Source: Heteronotia binoei (Eukaryota). From it: 64,000 nucleotides of DNA. Positions 34,759 through 52,900 of this stretch are shown piece after piece. Each line of letters starts with the position of its first letter. Within the stretch, counting starts at the first letter, position 1. The notes under the pieces were generated by a model. The model had not been told where the DNA came from. It searched no databases and was given only the letters and a program-made list of their open reading frames with translations. Location: contig NC_083234.1 of assembly GCF_032191835.1 (NCBI RefSeq), positions 2,170,001-2,234,000 on the forward strand, written 5' to 3'. The translations under genes and the position numbers were made by a program.

Positions 34759-35050
34759 CAGGGGTGGCCGAACTGCGGCTCAGGAGCTACCTGTGGCTCT
34801 TTCACACATTGTGTGGCTCTCGAAGTCACAACCACCACCTCATTGGCAGGCTTGGAGAAGGCATTTCTCTCTTTAAATCACTTCTGCAAGCCACCCCAGC
34901 CTGCAGCTTGGAGAATGCATTGAAACTTAAACGTTGCTTTCTTTCCACTTCTCCCTCCCTTCTATCATCTGTTTGCCTTCATGTCTTACAGCTCTCAAAC
35001 ATCTGACTATTCTATGTGGCTCTTGCATTAAGCAAGTTTGGCCACCCCTG
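34759..35050. mobile_element. hAT (Charlie-like) MITE
   Basis: TIRs CAGGGGTGGCCGAACT / AGTTTGGCCACCCCTG. The 8-bp flanks are only partly similar (GTATACAT / ATAGCCAT). Confidence 0.7.
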
Positions 35051-35439
35051 ATAGCCATTAAGAACCCCTCTGAGACCAGTCACCTAAAAGTATAAAGAGA
35101 ACACAGGCAATTTTCTTATGTCCAAGGCTGTAAGTTAGTCTCTCTTTCCTCAAGTTTCTCTTGCTGTTTCCCCAGGAAAAGCACCCCCAGTGTTATCCTA
35201 AACAGAATTCCAGACAAACTGATTCTAAGGAGCCTTTGGTTGAAACCAGATGCATCTCACAACCCATGCATTCCCTGCCAGCATGTACTTTTTACCTTTC
35301 ACTGTGGAAGAACCTGGATGCTGGTCAGGGTGCAGGAGCAGTCTCTGTGCCCTGCCTTCTATGGGCCCACATCACGAAACCTGGCTGCTGCTGTATGAGG
35401 TGGAAGCCCCACGGTTCAGCCAATGTCCTTCCCTTGCAT

Positions 35440-36080
35440 TGGATCCTACAGTTGGAAGGGACCTCCAGGGTAATCTAGTCCAACCCCCTGCACAATGCAG
35501 GAAACTCACAAATGCCTCTCCCCGCCACACCCCCAGTGACCGCTGCAGGCTCCGTGCCCAGAAGATGGCAAACAAAACCTCCAGGATCCCTGGCCAAAGT
35601 GGCCTGGAGAAAAACTGCTGACCCCAAAGTGGAGAACAGCATTTCCCTGGGCATGTAAGAAAGGGCCACAAGAACTAAGCAGTGATGCAGCCCTTCCTGC
35701 CCTCCTCAAGATATACCTAATTCACAGAATCAGCAGTGCTGTCAGATGGCCATGTAGCCTCCATTTAAAAACCTCCAAAGGAGGAGGTTCTGGTCCTACC
35801 TTCTGGGGCCACAGAAAACAACTCCACACCATCCTCCATATGACAGCCTTTCAATTACTTGAAGATGGTGATTATATCACCTCTCAGTCGTCTCCTCTCC
35901 AGGCTAAACATCCCCAGCCCCTTCAGCCTTTCTTCATAGGGCTTGGTCTCCAGACCCCTGTCTTTGTTCCCTCCTCTGGACCTCTTCCAGCTTGTCTATA
36001 TCCTTAAATTGTGGTGCCCAAAACTGCAGACAATACTAAGAGCAAAGTGATACCACCATCACTTTGTGGCCTAGACACTT
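35440..36080 (-). mobile_element. Old CR1 LINE 3' fragment
   Basis: Reverse complement of a degraded CR1 ORF2 end (about 35840-36080) and the AGTTGGAAGGGACCTCCAGGG..TCTAGTCCAACC tail. Short copies of this tail also occur at about 10007, 12630, 49133 and 52545. Confidence 0.65.
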
Positions 36081-36184
36081 TACTTGTTTAAATGGTAAAG
36101 GTAGTCCCCTGTGCAAGCACGTCGTTTCCGACTCTGGGGTGATGTTGCTTTCACAATGTTTTCACGGCAGACTTTTTACGGGGA

Positions 36185-36256
36185 GGGACGGTGGCTCAGT
36201 GGTAGAGCATCAGCTTGGTAAGCAGAAGGTCCCAGGTTCAATCCCTGGCATCTCCA
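36185..36256 (+). mobile_element. tRNA-derived SINE head (best-preserved copy of a dispersed family)
   Basis: A box TGGCTCAGTGGTAGAG and B box GGTTCAATCC, but a broken acceptor stem. Related copies at about 4910(+), 7500(-), 12305(-), 24715(-), 48440(+) and 63476(+). Confidence 0.75.
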
Positions 36257-37999
36257 AATAATGGCCAGAGGCTCAGAAACCACATATACACAGTGTATGT
36301 TAGTATTGTGCTTTGGAGTGGGAAAAGACCTCCACAATTAAGCTGGATGCGTCTCCCTCCATCCTTCTACAATGGAAGCCACCCCCAAGGTCTGTCACAG
36401 CAGCAGGTGGAGAAGGAGAAGGCGAGGGACCTGGCTTTGCCCATCATTGCTGCCCAAGCCAGTAAACCCTAGACTGCTCTCAGAGATGGGGCCTGGCTCA
36501 CTGGAAACATGTCTGGTCTGGTACAGCCTTTGGCTTCCTCTCTCCTCCCCCACCATTGTATTGGGCAGCACCCACCCACCCCCATCTTCACAGGGAGACA
36601 CCGCACCTCTTCTTGAGTACTTGCGCTCCCCTCCCCCCCGCCACGCTCTAGAGGTAATGAAAATCCACTGCTAGAATCCAGTGTGCAGGAAGAGGAAGGC
36701 TGCATTCTACAGATAACTGCAGCTTGCACTTGAACATCAATGAAGGAGCCCCAGAGAGTGTAGACTCAGAGGGGCAGCTGTGTTGGTCTGCTGCAGAACA
36801 GCCAGTTGCCAGTCCAAGAAGACATTTGGGGCAAAAGTTTTCAAAGAGTCAAAGCTCCCTTCATGAGGCAGTTAAGGATACAGAGAGACAGAAGAAGGTG
36901 GGATATTTATTTCTGACCACATTCAAGCCTCGTACAGGGGGGGAGGAGGAGGTAGAGTTCCATCTCTCTGCTAAAAAGGAAAGGGGCCATTTGGCTAAGC
37001 ACCTCTGAGGGACTCCTGTGCACCATCCGCCAGTCCAGCACCCACGAGGCTGCTTTGCCCGATTGTACCTCCCGCTCCTCCTCAGACCTGACCAGCAGCG
37101 GCCTGGAAGGCCAAAGGGGTCTTGTTCCGTTTTGATTTCCTATCTGTTCCGCCTTGATTGCCACCAGACACCATTCTTGCCACCAAAATGAGCCCCCCAC
37201 CCCAGAAGTCCCTGCTCCATCAGGCTCCTCTTGCCTCCTATCCCCACAAGCACCAGAGAGACTGCAACACAGCAGGACTGGGCACTGCCACTGGGGAGGA
37301 TGCAGACAGAAGGGGCCCAAGCAGCAGCAGCAGCGTGAGCAGGGGCTTCAGGCCTCCGGAGGTCAGCAGGAAGGACAACGCAGGCTGGCAGCCTCAGCAG
37401 CAACTTCCCTGCCTCCCCGCCCACGCCCCCAGGACAATCACAGCGACGTCCTTAGGAGCCAGCCCTCTAGGCAGCAAGGGGGAAACAAGGACAGAGTCCC
37501 CTCCCCACAGACACACACTAGAGCAAGCGCAGATTCGGGGCTTTGAGGCCGCAGCACTTTGGCTTTGAGGGTTCAGTTCACAGAGGAAGCCACGGATCCC
37601 TGCTGCGACAGCCTTCTCTCATCACTTCTGCATACAGAGGCAGGTGCCAGAGTCCGGGAAAAGCAGGGTGGGAGCATGAGGGAAGGGGGTGTTCTCTGAG
37701 CAGGAGATTTACAGCAGAAAGGGCAGGCATTCAAGCTGCTTGCCTGCACAGGCCCAGCAAGCAGGAGAGCAATACTCCAACTCCTGACCCCTCTCTATTC
37801 CCCTCTACATGTGTTATGGCCCCTTCCTTCCACACCTGCGGGTGTCATAAAAGTGCTGCATTCAAAACCCCGCCAGAAGCACCACTCGGCCTCGAAGACC
37901 ATCTTCCAAGGAATCCTTCTGTCTCTGGGAAGCAGGCTGGCTGCCAACTGAACCGCAGCACCACCCTGGAGGCAGGCCGAGGAAGACAGCAGCAGTAGC

Positions 38000-43197
<5,198 letters not shown>

Positions 43198-43199
43198 CT

Positions 43200-43956
43200 C
43201 GGAGGCCCCCAAGGCCCGGAAGCGCCGCCGGAAGTCCCCCCGGAAACTAGCCCGCTCTAGACCCCTCCTCTCGACGCCGCCGCCATTTTGGGTACTGGCT
43301 GTGGCGCCCAGCAGCAGGCCCCGGATGGACCCGGCAGGCCGGCCGGCAGTCGCGCACCCTTCGCGCCGGGGGAGGGGAGTCGCTTGCGGGGAGGCTTCGG
43401 GAAGAAACGACGCCCTCCTCCCGGCGCCCGGTTGCCCCCTCGGCCTCCTTAGCGCGGTGGCGGCGCCCACACCAAAGATGGCCACGCCTTCCTTGTCACG
43501 TGACAGCTGCCTCTAGCCACACGTCACCCTCCTCCGGATTGGCGGGGCCTCTTAAAGGGGCCGCTGCGGGAGGCATCTTGTTCGGCGCTGCAGAGCTCTG
43601 TGTCTCCCGGAAGCCGGCGCCGCTCCGCCCAGTCCCGGTCTCCCCGACGGGCGGCCACTGCCAGGCGCCACGCAAGCCCCCGGGCAGGGAGGCAGGCAGC
43701 AGTCCAAGGGCGGCGAGGCCGAGGTCGCTTAGCCGGGCGGAGGGGGAGGAAGGGGCGCCCAAGAGAGCGATGGCGGCGGCGACCGGCGGGGGGCAGCGCC
43801 TGGCCTAGGAGGGCGTGCGCCTTTAAGGCGGCCGGGAGGGGAGGGGAGGGAGCGGCGCCGGCCTCGGCCCTCCCTCCCTCCCTCCTCCGCGGCTGAGCGG
43901 CTGCCTTCGAGCCCCCGTGGCCATGTAGCTGGCGGGCAGTGGCCGGTGAGGCTGGC
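43200..43956. promoter_or_regulatory. DPAGT1/C2CD2L bidirectional CpG-island promoter
   Basis: The ATGs are 760 bp apart. ETS CCGGAAGT at about 43228, YY1 CCGCCATTTT at 43281-43290, perfect GTCACGTGAC palindrome at 43495-43504, ATTGG at about 43538. Confidence 0.8.
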
Positions 43957-46900
43957 ATGGAGGCCGGGGCGGGGGGGCTGGGCTGGGCGGCGCTGGTGCT
44001 GCTCTTCGGCGCCTCGCTGCTCGTCGTGGCCGCCTGGCTGGTGCAGCTGGCCCGGGGCCTCTGGAGCGCCCTGCTGCTGCGCCGCCCCGCCGCCCCCCAC
44101 CGCCCCGGCGCCCGCGCCCTCCTGGCCGCCCTCTTCGCCTTCCGCGCCTTCCGCCACAGCTGGCGCCGCGCCTGGCTGCGCGCCCTCAACCACCAAGCCC
44201 GCCGCCACGGGGTAAGGAGCCCAGCCCTCGGGGGACGCACGGGGCTTGCGCGCGGGAGGGATCCTCTCGAGGCAGGAGCGGCCTCCGTCCCGGCTGCTCC
44301 TCAGCTGAGCTCGGGGCGCCCGGGATTGGCGGCGGGGTTCCCGCAGCCTCGAAAGCTCGCGGCCAGCCCAGGGCCGCGCGTGCCCGGCGCTCTTGGTCGC
44401 CCCTGTGGCAGAGGCACTAAAGATGGCCCCACTGTTGCAAGGGACAGCCTGCCCCTCTCCGCTTTGAATTCTGCTCTGGGGGGAGTCAGCTGTTCCTCCC
44501 CTGCCCTTTGGGAGTTGGAAAGCATGGGCGGGGGGAGGCTCCTTTCTGCTTAGCCCCGGCTTTTGTACCCCCACCGCCCTGCATGCGTTTGTTTTGCCTA
44601 TTATGATTGGCCTATGCAGGGAATTCTCTTTCTTGCAGCGATTCTGTCATCAGTTCTGCTGATCCAAATCTTGGACAGGGGATGTTATTGGAACCCAAGA
44701 CCGAAGCTGAAATCCCAGCTTAGTCAAGGACTCCCTTGGAGAGTCCGGCAAGCGTAGGGCTTCTCAAAGAAGGAACATGGGCCTGTTTTTCCACCTGCAG
44801 GCATGGTGGCAGCTTGAGTCAGCTTCCTGCTAGATGTGCAGGCCACAAAATGGATGCAGTTGTTCCATTATGCTGTGTTTGCTGTTTTCGATAGGAGAGT
44901 CATAACGATACAGGAAATTTTATGTCTCCTGTCAATGTATGCATGGCAGTCTACAGTATAATACAAACACAAAAACCATCTCCTGTCCAGTGACGCTCAC
45001 TGGAGTGGACGGAGTTTTGGCAAGCGACTGGTTTTGCTTCTAGCACTATGAGATGACCAGCAGCCAAAGTCAAGTGGCAGGAAGGAAGTGATGGGAGGGA
45101 CATTTTGGAGCTGGGCTCTGGGCCACTAGAAGCTTCACAGAAGGCCCTAGGCTCCTTCGTAGTGTTAAGACACATGAAAATGAAAGCTCTCCAGTCTTTG
45201 CCAGCAGAGTTTGCTTGCTCTTCCCTGGTGTTCAGCCAGCAAGGTCAGCCCTGCTTGCCCCTGCCCCATGGCTGGAGCCGGAAGGGAGACTGCCCTGGAG
45301 GACTCATGGCTCAGCCTCATGCTCTGTGCTGCTGCACCAAACCAGAGAGGGCCAGTGCGGTGCAGGCCCGATCCAGGGTGGGGTTTGCTCTGCTGGTGAC
45401 TTTCTGAGCTCTTCTGCCCTTGGTCCACCTTCCTTTTGAGGGGTGGACATAGGCTGGTTGCTTCCTTCAGTAGGCTGCACTGGAGCTAGCAAGACGCAAT
45501 CATGAATCGCAGGGATTGGTTGGACCTCTCAATTAGGTCTTTATTTACATAGACAAGCCTGAAATAAAATTGGATTCAGTGCTTGAGGGGAGGGGGCAGG
45601 AAATCTGGGCTCCTCTTACATGTGAGCCCCCTTCTTTAGAGACGTTGGGTCCCCTTTGGTCAGAGTGTTTCTTGGGAGAGCGGGGCTCTGGGGAGAGAGT
45701 CACTGTGGAATCCAGGCTTCCACACCTCAGTGCCTTTTCTCCTGTACTGGGGGCGGGGGAGTGAGGAGGGGCTTAAGGCCAGGTCCTTCTCCTGGCTCTC
45801 CGTAGTGGAACTCTGCTTTCACTTCCTCTCCCCACAAGCAGGGCCAGCCCTTGGCAGAGTGTCCCCACCCAGGGGCTCCCTCCCTCCCTCCCTCCCCACA
45901 CACCTGTCTGTCTCACTGCCTGCCTGCACCTCCTTCCCTGCCCCGTCTCACGGCCACCTGACGGCCCTGGCAGTGCAGTGCATGCGACTGGATGCATGCA
46001 TGAGTGGCGGAGCGTTCACAAGGAAGCGAGCGGGCTGAGGCCCTGGCAGCTCCCCACCCCATTCCCCCCTTGGGGTCTGCTGAGGACTCTGGAATACATT
46101 TCTTTGGGCAACCACTGATCCCGGACTCTTTGGGGCTGGTTTAGTTCTTGCTCTTTTCAGTGTCATAGCTACTCCTGGGAGCCATCTGAAGGACTTGCAG
46201 AGATGTGAATTTCCTTCAAATCAAACACAAATGGGGGTTCCTGTGGCTGACTGGCCCCTATTTGTTCTTTGAGACTCTCCAAGGGAGAGTCTGCTGAGAG
46301 CAAGCAGAACCAGTCTCCCCTCCCGGCATCATCTCAGAGCTCTTGGGATCAGACTCCAAGGAAGCTCCAGGCAGCCCCCCAGCCTGGCTCAATCTGGCGT
46401 AGAGCTCTCCATCTTGGGAGCGGAGGCACTGGGCCCCCCTCTCCTCCCGGTCCTTTCCTCATTCCCCCCTGCTAGATGGGATCAGCTGACTGATCCAGTT
46501 CTTGGTTGGGAGAGCCATCTGGGAGTCTGTGGCCAGGTATCCCTTTCTGGGGGGGCTTCCCAGGGTGGGAGTAAGCATTGGATAAACAAAACCTTTTGGG
46601 GGCTTCTCTGCTGTTGCGGGAGTTGGCTTGTGGAGCAGTGCCGAGAGCGTTCAGCTGTTCTGGTTTGGCTTTGCTGTGCTGCTTCCGTCACTGCACTTCC
46701 CGGTGCAGAAATCTGACAGTGGCCAAGTCTGCCTTCTCTTCCGCCTCTAACTTTTGCTGGGTTCAACATGTTCATATGCATGAAGCCATCTCGGAAACAG
46801 ACATTATTTCTCATGCTGAATGTATTGTGTGTGGGCTGGGGGTGGGTCTGGAGTCTGGTGCCTGCCTTTGGCTTCTGAGGCTACTGTGTAGCTGATTTAG

Positions 46901-49900
46901 AGAGCTCCCATTTGTCCGTCTGCTGGTAAATCTGCGCCCCCCAAGTGATGCCCTGGCACAAGAGGACATCTCGGGGGGGGGGGGGAGGGTGGTCCCGCTG
47001 AACCTTTTTGCACAGGAAGAGGGGCAGAGTTCCTAGCAGAGCCAGCCAGCCTGCCAAGTGGGGGGCCACGAAGAAGAGCCCCCTGTGCAAGTGCTTCCCC
47101 CCTTCTTTGGGCTCCAGGTTCGGGCTAGAGAGGGAGGAAAGGAGGCAGCGTGTGGCTCCAGGGCTGCTGGGGCCCCTAAACTGAGAGATGCTTCCTGTCT
47201 GCAGGGAAGAAGGAAGAGCTTCTGGGCTCTTTGTGTGTATGAGGGGGGGGGGGCTCTGTGAGCTCCTGCTGACAGCCATCTGGTGCGTCGGGTCTGCCCT
47301 CTTGGGCCTCTCTCCTGCCCAGCCCCTCCCATGGGAAAAGACTGGCTGGTGGGGGCCAGGAGAGGAATTGCAGCTGCCTGTTATTCTCCTCCTTTCTGCC
47401 CCAGCAGGCCCCAACACCAGGGAAAGCGAGCCTTGGCCCACGCAGGGTGGGGGGCTGCTTCATCCCTGCTTCTGCCACACTGAGGCTGGCATTCCAGCCC
47501 CCTCCCCGGCTCCCACGGCAACTCTGCTTGTGTTTCACCTGAATGGCTTCGGGCTGCCCACGGAAGAAGGCAGGGCTCTTTTCTGAGTCACTCCGCAGCC
47601 AGCAGTGAATAATGGAGGGGGAGGTGCTTCCCTCTGCTCTTCCTGAGCCAGGCCGCTGCTTCCTTCAGCCCCCGGGTCCTCTGGTTGCCGGGGCAGGGCA
47701 AGCCTGGAGTGGAGTGTGCTCTGCCTCATCTCTGCTGGGCTTCTGCAGCTTTAACTGCTGTGTGCCAGGCAGAAATCCAACAGGAGGGGCTTTCTCTGAC
47801 ACCTCTCTGCAGGTGGGGGAAATGTCTCCATCATGCAGCAATGGCATCCTGACCTGAGCCTTGCCAGCAGTGCCACTTTGCCTCTTTAGGAGGGGCACCT
47901 GCTGGCAGCGGCTCCCTGGGCGAAAACCACACAAAGCCCCAGAGAGCGCGTTCCTTCCTGCTGCTTCTTTCAAGACTGACACGATTCCCAGGGTGTAGCC
48001 TTCCCCGAGTGGCTGCTGCCTTCCTCAGGCTGGGAAGCTCCTCAGTCCCTGGCAGGAGCCCCTGCGGGCCTCTCTTGCTCTTCTGCAGCTGCCCACTGGG
48101 GCTGCCTACCTGCAGCGAGGTTGGCACGGGCAGGCCTGGCTCTCAGAAAAGGTTCTTCCTTGTGGGAGGCCGAGCAGCTGCCAGATCTCTTTCCTGGCCC
48201 CTTTTCGCTCCCTGGGTGGGTCTGCCTGATCCTTGTCAGGGCCTTTTCCCCTCCCTCCTTGTGTTCCAGCTCGGGCTGCCAACTCTGGCTGGGAAATTCC
48301 TGGAGATTTGGAGGTGGAGCCTGGGGAGGGGAGGGAGCTCAGCAGGAATGTGAGTCCACCCCCCCCCCCCACGCAGCCATTTCCTCCAGGGCAACTCCAG
48401 CCTGAAGACCAGGTGCAGCTCCCAGGGAGGGAGGGAGGGGCCATGGTGGAGGAGCAGAGCCTCTGCCTGGCTTGCAGGTGCTCCCAGGTTCAGTCCCCAC
48501 AGTCTTCACCTGCAAAGACCAGGTGATGTGACTGACTTTTCTCTGCCCGGGGCCTGACCTTGAGGGACCAAGGTGGCTCTGAATCAGCAGAAGGCGGCAG
48601 TGGCGGCTTCAGGTGTCCTCAGCAGCTGGTCTGCAGGCCTGGCTTGTGTGGCTCTTGCAGGCTCCCTGTTTGGGGCCTGACCACACTTTGTCCTCCACCA
48701 GAGCTCCATCCAGATTACCTTTGAGGACAGCCCTCACCTGCTGCCCGAGGTCAACATCAGTCACGTGACCTGTGCTGACCAGTCAGACCACAGCATGGTA
48801 AGCGACCCTCGGTGCCTCCTCCGGTTCCCTGCTGGCCCTGGTGTCTCCCCCCCCCCACAGAGTTTACATGGGGGGGCAGATTCCATAGTGGCAGAGGATG
48901 GACCGGCAGGCCTTCCCCTGAGGGGGCACTGCCCTCTTGGCCCCTGGATCATTTGTAGGGCTGGAGCTCAGGTCTCGGTGGACCCATCTTTTTTTGAGGG
49001 GGGGGGAGTTTTCTTGTATGGGGCAGCAAGGCTTGGGGTAAAGTGAAAGCCCCCCTGCCAAAAGGCAGTCTAAAATTTGACGAAGGGGAAGGGGCAAGAT
49101 GGCAGTTGCCAAGGCACTTAAAGGGCATTCTTAGAATCATAGAGTTGGAAGGGACTCCCAGGGTCATCTAGTCCAACCCTCTGCACAATGCAGAAGGACA
49201 AATGCAGTGGCCCCTGCCCCCCCCCCCAGCTGCAGAACCCTGGAGGCTCAGGGGTAGCTTTGTGTGAGCTGAGCCTCACTGGGACAGACTGGCAGAGGGA
49301 GCCCAGTATGTTCTGCAGCCTCCTCTTGTAAGCCTTGCTCTCTGCTGCCTGCCTTTGGGGTGGTCACTCTCCCCCCTCCCCCTCTCCAGGTGTTACGTTG
49401 CCACCTTTCTGCCGATGCTGTGCAGTTCCCTGTTTTGGTCACGCAGCAGTCGCCTGCTGCTGTTTCCATGGACACCTATTATGTCACCCTGGCTGTGCTG
49501 CAGGCCCAGGTGAGTGAGGGGCTGCCTGCGGAGGAGCTGGTTGGGAGACTGGGGGGCTGGGCTGGGGCTGCCTCTGAGCTTGATGTGCAAGTTGACGGGG
49601 TGGTTTGAGCTCAGGGGAGGGCATCTGCACTTTGTAAGCAGGGGACTCAGGTTCCTCCCCCTGCACAAGTGGTGGCGCCTCATGCTAACAAGGGCTTTCC
49701 TCTGCTCCCCTGGCCCAGCTGGTGGTCCGCCTGGAGGAGATGGAGGATGAAGGTCTCCTGGTGTCCTGGGCCTTCCAGGACAGGCCGGACTTGGACCTGG
49801 TGGTGGCCCCGAAGTTTCAGCTCCATGAAGTGAGTGAACTGCCAAGGCACACCGGGCGGGGGGCAGCCCTTTCCCATGAGCCCACCTCCCTCTTTGCAGC

Positions 49901-52900
49901 TGTGCCCTCAGAGCCTCACCTTGAGCTGCAGGAAGTCCACAGCATCTGGGTGCTTGTGAGGGGCAGGGTGTCCTTCAAGAGCTCAAGAGGGAGCAAAGTC
50001 CCAGACTGGGGCATGTGCCATTATTGGGGTGGCAGCAGTCGTGGAAGAGAAGAAGAGATTGGATTTATATCCCGCTCTTCGCTAGCCAAAGGAGTCTCAG
50101 AGCAGCTTCCAATCTCCTTTCCCTTCCCCTCCTCACAACAGACAGACGCCCTGTGAGGTTGGTGGAGCTGAGAGAGCTCTCACAGAAACTGCTCTTGAGC
50201 GGAACAGCTCTGAGAGAACCAGCAGGTGCATGTGGAAGAGTGGGGAATCAAACCCAGTTCTCCCAGATCAGAGTCTGCATGCTTAACCGCTACACAGCAG
50301 CTGTCCAGTCACTGCTGTGGGGGTTCCAAGGCAAGAGAGGTCCAGAGGTGGTTTGCCGTTCCCTGCCTCTGAAGACTCCTTGGTGGTCTCCCTCCCACCC
50401 CGGGGCTGGTCCCACGTAGATGCTGAGATCTGGCCAGGTCAGGAAAGCTTGTCCCTCCAGGCTCTTTCCCTTCTGCTTGAGGAGAGCTCTGGGTGGCCAT
50501 GGCCTGGAAAACCCATCCTGCTGATGCACTCCTGCTCTGTAGATGCGCTGCCACTCCTTTCCCTGACTTGGTGTTGGACTAACACAGCCTGAGACACCTA
50601 CCTGGATGGGGAGGCCCTGCTACACCTGCTGTGGAGGCAGTTTTGCCCACCTGCCCGAGTCGCTTGGGAGAGAGGCAGGCTGAGTGAAAGGCTGAAAGCT
50701 TTGCCTTGCCCAGAACTTGGGAGGCAGCCGGTGCTCCCTGCCCCACACTCTCAGCTCTCCTCCCTTGGAAGTGGCTCCTGAAACTCCGCCTCCAGCAGCC
50801 CCTCTTGCCCCTGCCAGCTGCCTTGGCTGAACTTCCTCTGAAGTTCTTCCTCTGAACTTCCATCCAGGACAACGATGGGAAGGTTGACCTGTCCACTGTC
50901 AAGGATCTGATTGAGGATGCTGTGGTCAGCACTCAGCCGGCCATGCTGGTGAACCTGGAGGCCTGCATTGCTAGTGGCCAGGTGGGAGAGCTGGGAGGCT
51001 TTTCCTAGGAGGCGGGGGGGGGCCTTGTGTGGGAGGTGGCAAGGGGTCCTGGAGCGAGCTCTGCATGGCCAGGGCCCGCTGGCATGCCCCCCTTTCCCTG
51101 TTCAGCTGAGGGGTGGATATGGATGTCTGGGGCTGCCATCCTGCTCACCCCCCTCTCTTCTGCACTTTCACCAACAGAAGTCTTGTAACAAGCGCCTTCC
51201 GGGGTCCCCGTCCAGCGCAGCAGCAGCAGCAGCTCCCACACGCAGGCTCCTGCTCCAGCACCTGCGGGCCGTGCGCTTGGACTGCGAGGAGGCTCAAGGT
51301 GTGGGGAGGAAACGGGGAGGCTCCCATCCCATCTGGGGGGAGTGGGCTGCTGTCGCTGGCCCCAGCATGGGGGGCACCTTCCCTCTTGCAGTTCAGCAGG
51401 GTAGGGGGTGGGCAGGAAGGTCTGCCTGCTTCCCCTGGGGGGCAGAAAGTGAGCACGCTCGGCAGCCACCTGTGCTGAGTGGAGGCTGGCTCCACCTGTG
51501 GAGGGGGTGGGAGGTCTTTGAGAGGAGGTCCTGCCTTCCCAGCATGCAGCGTGCTCCAGGGAGCTGGCTGAGTCTGGAGGTTCAAATGCCGGCCCAGCAG
51601 TGGTGCAATGAGGGAGGGCCTGGGAGACACTCCCCCCCCTGCCCATTTTTGGTTCATGAGGGTGCTGCCGTCCCACTTAGCCAGCTGGCTGTAGGAGAGA
51701 CCAGACCAGGGAAGGAAGCGGGGTAATCAAAGGGCTGGTCCCTGTTGCTGCCCTGGGGGGAGGGAAGGTGCAGAGAGAGGGCAGGCAGGTGCTGGTGCTC
51801 AGCCTGGTGTTCTGTGCCCTTTCCAGGAAGCGGGCAGCTGTGCTGCGTGGCAGAGCTGGACAGTCCTCGGCAGCGGAAGCGGACCAAGGCGGTGCCGCCC
51901 AGCAGCTCCAGCCCCACAGGCCACGTGGAGTGGCCGGACAGACTCCTCCTGTAAGGAAGGAACTGCAGGTGTTGTCTCTGTGGGCGGGGGGGGGAGGGGG
52001 CAGAGGTTTATCAGAGAGGGCACTCTGGGTAATCCCTCATTTGCATGCACGGATGCCGGTCGATTTGGCCCTTGGCGGCAGAAGACAATGCAGTGTCCAG
52101 CTGCTTCATCAGTTTCTGCTTTTCCAGAAGTGTTCCTGCATAATGCAGGCTCTCATCTGCTCCCCCGGAAAAACGTTCTTCTCCTGCACAAGCCTTTTCC
52201 TGTGGGGCTCCCTCCCCCCACCCCCCCGCCCCGCTTTATAGAGCTCAGTGGCTGGGAGCCTGAAGGGAGGGCACGGGGCAGAAATAACACCCCCCCCCGC
52301 TTGTTTCTGTCTGCTTGGGCAGGGAGCTTGGACCAGGAAGCAAAGAGCTGACACTGAGTGTGCTCGGGAACAGCAGCGCTGGCCAGGGTGAGTGTCTGGG
52401 GGGAGGGGGCATCAGTTTTGCTCTAGGCCAGTTTGAGCAGGGATCCTGGAGGGGGGGGGTTGTTGTCTTTTTGCCATCTTCTGGGCCTGGAGGAGGGGTC
52501 ACTGGGGATGTATGTGTGGGGAAGAAGTATTTGTGAGTTTCCTGCATTGTGCCGGGGGTTGGACTAGATGGCCCTGGAGGGCCCTTCCCACTCTGTGATT
52601 CTAAGTGCCTTCCAGCATCTTTCTTTTGGGGCAAGGGAGGTGGGCTGCTTGTGTGGGGCCCAGGGAAGGAGAGCCCCTCTCCCAAGGGTCCAAAGTGGGG
52701 TGGCCAGAAGCTCAGATGGATGAGGGTCTCTTGACCTTGCTTGTAGCTGCAGAACGTTGAGGCCGACAGACGGGGGAGAGTGCCTGGCCTCTCATTTCAA
52801 ATCCTGTGCTTGGTGCCTCCACCTGCAGGCATTAGGTGATCCGAGGCAGGGCCTTTCTTAGTGATGGCACCTTGCCTGTGGATTGTCCTTTCCTTCTGAT

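Noticed and set aside
36185-36256. Apparent tRNA gene (Ala-like body, GGT in the loop)
   Set aside because: The acceptor stem has three mismatches, the anticodon stem has one, and at least six degenerate relatives are dispersed in the window. It is a SINE head.
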